The notes beneath the pieces were generated by a model. That model was given only the letters and a program-made list of their open reading frames with translations. It ran no database searches and was not told the origin of the DNA. From Balanoglossus misakiensis (Eukaryota; Animalia; Hemichordata), in NCBI GenBank assembly GCA_040954595.2, contig CM082577.2, positions 806,001 to 870,000 of the forward strand: a stretch of 64,000 nucleotides of DNA, given 5' to 3'. Position numbers and translations under genes: made by a program. This document shows, piece after piece, positions 57,170-64,000 of this stretch (its first letter is position 1; the number at the start of each line of letters is the position of its first letter).

Positions 57170-58414
57170 CTAATATTTATAGTATCTGGGTGAAAATGCC
57201 GTTGCGAAGGACGGTAAAGTTGAGTTGTGTTGACTCTCCGGCGGATCGGAAGCCTGGGCGTAGAGTTGACGACTTGCTGCACTAAATCGGCAACTTTCGG
57301 TGGGAGATGATGACGGATTGTCGTTCGACGCAATGTCCTGAGCCGCGGCGATTCCGTCAGCGTAGAAATCTGTGCAACAGTTGTCGTTTGGATGCGACAG
57401 TCCGGTTTCTCCCGATCCGATACAGTACGGGTCGTCATTACGGGGCTCCAAAGTCAGACACTCATTGTCGCTGCACATTCCTTGCCACGTCTCCGCTGCA
57501 ATCATTGCTTCAAATGTGGGTTTGCAGTTGAATACGTCCATGTTTTGGACAGGTGTTGCTTGATGCCCAGAGTTTGTGCAGGTAGAGTTTACAAAGCCAG
57601 AGCACGGGTTATTATTAGTATCGCTGTTGTTGTTGTTCTCAAAGCAAGAGATACTGCATGTTTTCCCATTTGTTAGAGGGAACGTATCTTCCCCAGTCGG
57701 GTCTTCACCACCCAAATGGTTTGAGGCAACACCAAAATACCCATCGGGCGAATGCTCCAAGGATCTCGGCCACTTCTGCAAGTTGGAGTCGCCGCCTGGC
57801 TGAAGAGTCTCGCAGTAATACGTTTCGTTGTATCCGTCGTTTTGATCTGCCGGGCCCCAGTTCAAGGTGTGCAACGGTGCAGAGTTACCGAAGTTTCCTG
57901 TTTGTGGATCGAAAAATTCGACGCATTCTTGAGCAGGGAGTTCTCGATCGCCTAGAAACGCTTCTTGTACGTGTGTGGTATTACCCATACAGTTGGAATA
58001 CGTCGGAAAGCGAGAAAAAGCATCAGTCCGCTCCAGATAAACTCGCCCTGTAAGGTAATCGACGTTATTTTTGAATACCTGGCAACTCTTCCCGGCACAG
58101 TTTTGCAATTCCCCTTGCTTTTTCTGCTTGGCTTTTCGCGAGTTGCCGCGAATGTACGGCCTGTTGATGAAACGTCGACCTTTGGTGCCTGGCAACCAGT
58201 TCTGGTGGGTTTTCAGTTGTTTCTGGAGGTACTTCCTGTGGTTGATGTTGCGTTTCCCGTTGCTCGGTTTCTCCAGCGCCGTTTTCACGTTGTCCGAAGC
58301 GTTGTTGATGAATTGCAGCAGAGTGTTCTCCGAATCTGATTTGTAGCCGCACTCGTCGCTTGCACCCATTATAGCCACGGTCGTTGCATCCTCCATCAAA
58401 ACTCTGACCGCCAT
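57170..58414 (-). CDS. FAM181: FAM181-family protein, single coding exon, 414 aa
   Basis: N-terminal LLQFINNASDNVKTALEKPSNGKRNINHRKYLQKQLK matches the FAM181A/B signature (LLxFVNxASxxIKxALDK...VDHRKYLQKQLK). The rest is low-complexity or disordered. Confidence 0.85.
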   Translation of the reverse strand: MAVRVLMEDATTVAIMGASDECGYKSDSENTLLQFINNASDNVKTALEKPSNGKRNINHRKYLQKQLKTHQNWLPGTKGRRFINRPYIRGNSRKAKQKKQGELQNCAGKSCQVFKNNVDYLTGRVYLERTDAFSRFPTYSNCMGNTTHVQEAFLGDRELPAQECVEFFDPQTGNFGNSAPLHTLNWGPADQNDGYNETYYCETLQPGGDSNLQKWPRSLEHSPDGYFGVASNHLGGEDPTGEDTFPLTNGKTCSISCFENNNNSDTNNNPCSGFVNSTCTNSGHQATPVQNMDVFNCKPTFEAMIAAETWQGMCSDNECLTLEPRNDDPYCIGSGETGLSHPNDNCCTDFYADGIAAAQDIASNDNPSSSPTESCRFSAASRQLYAQASDPPESQHNSTLPSFATAFSPRYYKY

Positions 58415-58860
58415 CGCTATAATTGATCACAGCTTCTGTGTGTAAAGTAGCAGCTAGCGCAGAATTCTAACTCACAGGTGACAGTCATACGTCAGTTGAA
58501 GTACTGTTGAGAGCCTTTGAGTAAGAGAAGCACTCAATTCACCCTCTGCGCCCAAGGATGGAAACGAGAGGGAATTCTTGGCTGATGAAATGCCAAATTA
58601 AAACTGAATAATTAGCGTGGTGATGTTAGCTGAGATATTGAATATCATACCGATGTGACAGTCGATTGCTTGTGTGATACGCACATAATAGTACCCCGTG
58701 TCGCAATTAAAGAACTATGTATGTGTGTGGGTTTATTCAAAGAATAGGCCCATCTAACTCGCCAAAGATATATTCGATTGAAAGTTGCCCGGTTTCACGG
58801 TTTGATAAAATATATTTATACTGAAATGAAATCGAGGAAGACGTTCAATGCATATAACGA

Positions 58861-58947
58861 GTGGTTGGTTGGCTGCCTGCCTTACTGGCTTGCTTGATGG
58901 GTTGTTGGTTGGTTGGTTGGTTGGTTGGTTGGTTGGTTGGTTGGTTG
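58861..58947. repeat. (TTGG)n microsatellite
   Basis: ttggttggttggttgg... directly visible. Confidence 0.92.
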
Positions 58948-60702
58948 AAAAATGCTATATTAATTATGACGTTCGGATTAAATAGACCGGTATTTCGCGC
59001 TTTCGTGTGTCGCTGGTATATTAACAGGACATTCATGAATAGACAAACGCTATAATTATCTTTTGCTCTGTAAATAATTATTCATGTAATATTTTTCTTA
59101 AGTAATCATCGCTTGACAGTTCTTTCCGAAATATAAACCGGAGAGATAATTTGACATAGTATGAACACACAACTTGTTGAGTTGCCCTAACCATCCTGTG
59201 GCGGCGTGTGTGATTGCAATTATTTGCGCTGAAAATCACGGAACTCTTGAACTATGAACCAATAATAACTACTATTTCAATTAGATGAATATTATGTGGA
59301 ACATATTGTTTGTAGCGGTTCTCATCGCGAATGCATAATGCACAAAAGCGGGGTCAGCAAAACGCGACAATCAAAACGACTCGGTAATGGCGGTGGCATG
59401 CGAGTTAATTCACTGATAATTAGGGCGCACGACTCCGCAGGTGCTTGTTCATTCCTCGTCTCTTCTCCTCAGTGCACATCCGACCCGCAGGGAATTTTCT
59501 GGAAATCGCAGACAATGGAAATCGCTGAGGTCGACAGCGTTAATGGTAACTTACAATAACTAACACGAAGCCCCCGAGCTGACGACATGCCACGTCAAAT
59601 ATCTGCTTCAATACACCAATAACACAATGTAGATCACAATTCTGTTTTTAGCTCCTACTCCTTACGTAAATTGTACTGCGTTTGATGTCATCCATGAATG
59701 CATACGCAAATTGACATTTAATGATGCCGTATGTTGAGAGTTTAAACAACACAGTTCAATTTCTAATATTTTCTTGATTATATAAGATTTATAACAATTT
59801 ATTTTAAAAAATGTAAAAAATATACCGGCGAATGAATAATTCTTTGTCAAATGAATATTTCATTAGCAGTAACAGCTTATCGCCTCGAAATAAGAAACGG
59901 TATCTATCATCATGTATTCCTTAGCATTTTGTATTGCTCTTGGCATGGGGATACGACTGTGTATGTCTCCTTGAGAATGCGACGCGAAAACCTCTCTATT
60001 TGTGGAAATATATCGTGTACATCTTCAGACAAAACGATGGTTTGCGTGGGCAGGGTATGTAGAGTGACTGTGGCGTGGGTTGTCCAAGGACGAAATGTTT
60101 GTTAATGATCCGTGAACTGTGATGCAACGCGAAACTCTCGTCCGAGACAACTGAACGAAATTTGGTTGTGTCTTCTCGACATCCGTGCCATTCAAAGATG
60201 AAACCTCGTGGAGAGCGAGACCGAACGCTTATAAGTCATGATGTGTGGTCTAGGGGATATATCACGTTGTGTGGCATTAGCATTTTTTCTTCTTTCCTTT
60301 ACTAATCAACTGAATTAAATGAGCTTTAGACTTTCTACATACGGATCAAAAAGTAACGACAACCAAATACATGTATTAGCATCCGAAAAAATTATGATCA
60401 GTTTTAATACTCTGTATAATCAGGAATTTCACTGCCCACAATTATGTTGTCAGTGCTGATATTGAAGGCAATATTATTTATTTATTTATTCACTGACTGA
60501 GCGACTATAGTTTTGTTAGCGAGACCAGGTGAACTTAGCTAGTTCTCATTTGCATGACCAGGTGTTAATGTATAATTCATTATGGTCGTATGAAAGCCTT
60601 CAGTCCGTGTCCACGCCGCTCTGTCTACTCCAAAAGGAACTTTAGAAGTCCACGTGTACACGACACCGTCATTTACCCGGACATGAGATGCAGAGACGGG
60701 AA

Positions 60703-61353
60703 TTATGAGGACCTGATGCTAAAGCGAGTTTTGGAAATGTCAACGCGATATTGTGAGACGGTACTGCGAATCCGAGGAACCAAAGCGGCGAGTTTGTGCA
60801 GGTAGGCCAGTCTATCTTCGAGTGACCAATTCAGTATGCTTGTGAACGATGTTCGTTCAGGTTGAAGCGGAATTTCACGAGTTACTCGCGCCTGTTGTTG
60901 GACTGCAAACGCACGGTGTTGAGGTCGTTTGTTGAACTCATAAATATCCGAAGTTACATCGGCGTATTCGAAGCCAGAATCGAATGCGAGTACTTCTTTA
61001 CTTTGTTTGCCAGGTTCCTCTAACGCTCCACTCCGACTGTGTGGTGGCGCTGTCCATCCCAACCGCGTATTCCTCCAACAAAATCGCGGCTGCGGAGGCA
61101 TCTCGCAGGTGTCCTATCAGTTGATTCACGACTTCATGCGGTTCCTTGTGGTTGTTTATTAGGAAGAAAAAGTTTGTTACCCTTTCAGATAAGCTCTCCG
61201 ATGTCTTGGCCGAAACGCGTTGAAAAGCTTCCTCGTGTCGGATAGCTGAACTTGAAATGAAAGATACGTACTCGCGAATCTGTATCGAGTGATTTCTCCG
61301 ATTGCTGAACTGAAAGTGCGAAATATGGCACTCGGGTGACGATGTAGCCCACC
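60703..61353 (-). pseudogene. Cryptic coding-like segment: acceptor-opened frame 61353-60998 overlapping a second open frame ending at 60703; possible frameshifted gene remnant
   Basis: TTTTAG|GG TGG GCT... stays open for ~118 codons (WATSSPECHISHFQF...EYVSFISSSAIRHEEAFQRV...VVNQLIGHLRDASAAAILLEEY). The overlapping 132-aa track ORF continues (...LNWSLEDRLAYLHKLAALVPRIRSTVSQY). No recognised homology. Confidence 0.3.
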
Positions 61354-61470
61354 CTAAAATACAATGAAACAGTTCCTGAAAATTTGACCCTTGTCTGAGT
61401 TATTTTTTAATGAAATACTGCTGTAATGCACGGCATAATACTCAGACACAGTGTATGTATACAGTCCAAA

Positions 61471-61503
61471 GGGAAATCCCCGCAGCCTGAAAGGGGACTT
61501 TCC
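61471..61503 (+). promoter_or_regulatory. Tandem NF-kB (kB) sites GGGAAATCCC (61471-61480) and GGGACTTTCC (61494-61503)
   Basis: Both fit GGGRNNYYCC; the second is the canonical Ig-kappa/HIV-LTR kB sequence. They lie 80-115 bp upstream of the galaxin-like ATG. Confidence 0.65.
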
Positions 61504-61583
61504 TTGTCCCTGTTGACATGGCATCATGTGACGGCAAACAACACACCTCCGAACATTCGCCCATCTACTTCTACCAGGTTAGA

Positions 61584-63973
61584 ATGGCAGAGCGGCATCG
61601 TCTTGTGTTGACGCTGGCATTCGTGCTAACGTTTCTCAACGTACACATCGTGCACATCGTGAGAGGTAAGGACTCGCTTTGTTTTTGTCCAATCATGCAT
61701 TGCGGCACTTGCTTCATTCTGTAAAAGTATGTCTTGTCAATTTACTCCTATGCTGGTCGGCCCGATATCATCATTGTTGTCGTTTATCTCATTTAATGCT
61801 GCAGTTAAGCTTAATACGAAATTCATTTAAGATTTTTTACATTTCAAAAAGAAATATTTGCAGCAAAGCGACCATTTAGACTGAATGGACAATAGGGCCT
61901 ATGGTTGACATATACATGTAGATATGTGCCTGAGCGACAAATAACCGTCATACCGAAACTAACTTACATCATCGCCACAGAGAAGTTGGCGAACAACACT
62001 CCGTAAATAATCCATTTTTTCCATCACGACTATTGCACAGCCTGTACATTTGCTCAGCACTGCGAGTGCATGTGTCGATCATGTGGACATGTTTACCAAG
62101 GTGCATCATGGGCGAGAGGGGGTTTCCCCATCTTTTATAGGACACAAAATGATGTCATACGCACAATACATGCATTTACTTCAGTGACGGGGGCTGACAC
62201 GGATACGTGTTTAATGTTCATCCTTATTCTACAGGTCGCCAAATGAAAGCGCCAACCTCGATGGTGCCGCTCCATATTGACCATGATGCTTCATTAACCG
62301 ACATGCAACACTGTGCATTGTGTCGGCCATCATGGGCTGTCAGTGGAGGTAACTGCTATAATGCAAGAAATGAAATCTGTTGCAATGGAATCATCTATGA
62401 AAAGCGACACCAAAATCTCCAGTGCTGTAAGTTTAACATACTTAGTTGTGCATCATCAGTACTGTTTGAAACATTCGTCGAAAAAAAAACCTCGTGTAAC
62501 AGAATTCATGTTCAATTTATATTTATGATTTGCATATGGTGACATCTATACAGTCCCAACGATGATTGGTTCAATTAATTTTCCAGGTGGCGACACACTT
62601 TATGACGCGAGTGTTGAAGTTTGTTGTGTAAACATAATTCACTCCATCTATCGACCGAAACTAAGGAATGATTCTGCAAACATAATTGATGTTTATCCTG
62701 TGAATGAAAACGGTCACGAATCATACAAATGTTGCGGTATCCATCTTTATAACCCAGTCGAAGACTTATGCTGTGGCGAGGTAATCATTTTTTCTTGTCT
62801 TTCTTTTCAAGTCGTTTTAATATGCCAGAATTGTTGACAGGAGTTTTACTGAATAATAATTGCAATGGTAAAAACCTGCAATTCATCCTTTCGCCACAAA
62901 CTAAGATTTTTTAAGGGATTACTCGATCTGCGAAGCAAGACATATTTGTAGTACGTATCGTGACAGCCATATAGACGCGGCGAAAAATAGTTTACCAATC
63001 AGTTATTTTATGTGCAGCAGCATCTGATATGACCCAAAAACTCAATATATTGTATATTTTCATCTTAGTTTCTTATGTATATTTTTCGTACAGCATAAAC
63101 ACAAGCGGAACGGTATAAATGAATGTTGTGGAATACACTCTTATAATCCTACTGCGCATGTCTGCTGTGAGGGAAGGAGAAGACGCAAAGAAAATCGCAA
63201 CACTTCCTGTTGTGGAACGGAACCGTTTGATCCGGACACTGAGGTCTGCTGTGATGGAAAGGCATACAAATCAAACGGTAAATAGATTTCTAAAGACAAA
63301 TGAGTGTTATCTCAACTAACACTAAACACCACAGTTGTCGAATACTTTAGATTCAATTTGTTTTTCACGCTCTGTTAACCCAAGTTTTATAAACTAAACA
63401 TGAAATACGCATTTTATTAAATGGATCTGGAGCTTTGGGGTCTATAATAGGTTGCTAGTTTAGGTAGAAACTAGAATAGGTGCAGAGTTTAACAAAAATT
63501 ATGTGCCGTCTAAAACTATGGGCCAAGTTTTGTTTTGTCCTGTGCCACGAGAATGTCCTCCCATATAAATCGCCTAGCCTCGCGAAATCTCGCAGGGTCT
63601 CGTTGAGTTCAGAAAATGGTCTATCATACTCATAGCCTTCCAATGCATTCATCTGATTTTCACGTAGGAAACAGTAGCGATCAGAATCCTTGCATGAAAG
63701 AGCCTCGTGATATAGTGCGTATTGACCATCCGGGACCTGAACAATCATCTTGTGCTGACGTCACTTACAATCCGCTGAATGAAACATGCTGCAATGGGCT
63801 CCTGTACCTCGCTGATTCACATCTGTGTTGCAACGGCCAAGTTGTCTCGCTGCAAAATGGAACTTTCAACAGTCAGAGCGGGCGCTGCTGTGGGAGGCGC
63901 CGCCATGTTCAAGTGTACGACCCGGAAAAGCAGATGTGTTGTGACGACAGTCTATATGACCGTGACTTTTCAG
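61584..63973 (+). CDS. Secreted galaxin-like di-cysteine repeat protein (5' part; continues beyond window); exons 61584-61665, 62235-62426, 62587-62780, 63094-63277, 63668-63973
   Basis: A signal-peptide exon (MAERHRLVLTLAFVLTFLNVHIVHIVRG) is followed by repeated CCG...Y[ND]P...CC[NDE]G units (CYNARNEICCNG, CCGIHLYNPVEDLCCG, CCGTEPFDPDTEVCCDG, YDPEKQMCCDD), as in galaxin/usherin Cys repeats. Confidence 0.82.
62119..62128 (+). promoter_or_regulatory. Third kB consensus site GGGGTTTCCC in intron 1 of the galaxin-like gene
   Basis: Fits GGGRNNYYCC within GGGGGTTTCCCC. Confidence 0.5.
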
Positions 63974-64000
63974 GTAAGAGTGTTTCGGTAAAATCTTCGT

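Noticed and set aside
57103-58430. Many overlapping ORFs around FAM181
   Set aside because: Shadow frames of a GC-richer coding exon with no independent motifs.
63455-63748. 97-aa minus-strand ORF within the galaxin-like gene
   Set aside because: Partly antisense to exon 5, with no recognisable homology or splice context.

Overview
Intron-rich animal (invertebrate) genomic DNA, not prokaryotic. The actin intron positions (after codon 42, after codon 122, and within codons ~205 and ~269) suggest a deuterostome such as a hemichordate or echinoderm (inference). Eight protein-coding genes can be reconstructed by eye: a divergent actin (-), a 9-exon YeeE/YedE (TsuA/PmpAB-like) sulfur-compound transporter (+), fascin (+), VWA3A (+), DNAAF5/HEATR2 (-), UTP6 (+), an intronless FAM181 (-) and the 5' part of a secreted galaxin-like di-cysteine repeat protein (+). 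Most notable: (i) the animal YeeE/YedE gene has a perfect CLEAR/E-box palindrome in its promoter and a C-terminal YxxPhi tail, suggesting an undescribed endolysosomal sulfur transporter; (ii) three NF-kB consensus sites surround the galaxin-like start, next to a divergent, frameshifted, possibly helical cryptic ORF; (iii) a perfect 191-bp inverted repeat (TA-flanked, MITE-like) lies in fascin intron 2; (iv) the divergent actin-fascin arrangement mirrors human ACTB-FSCN1 and ACTG1-FSCN2. All identifications come from recalled motifs; no database searches were run.
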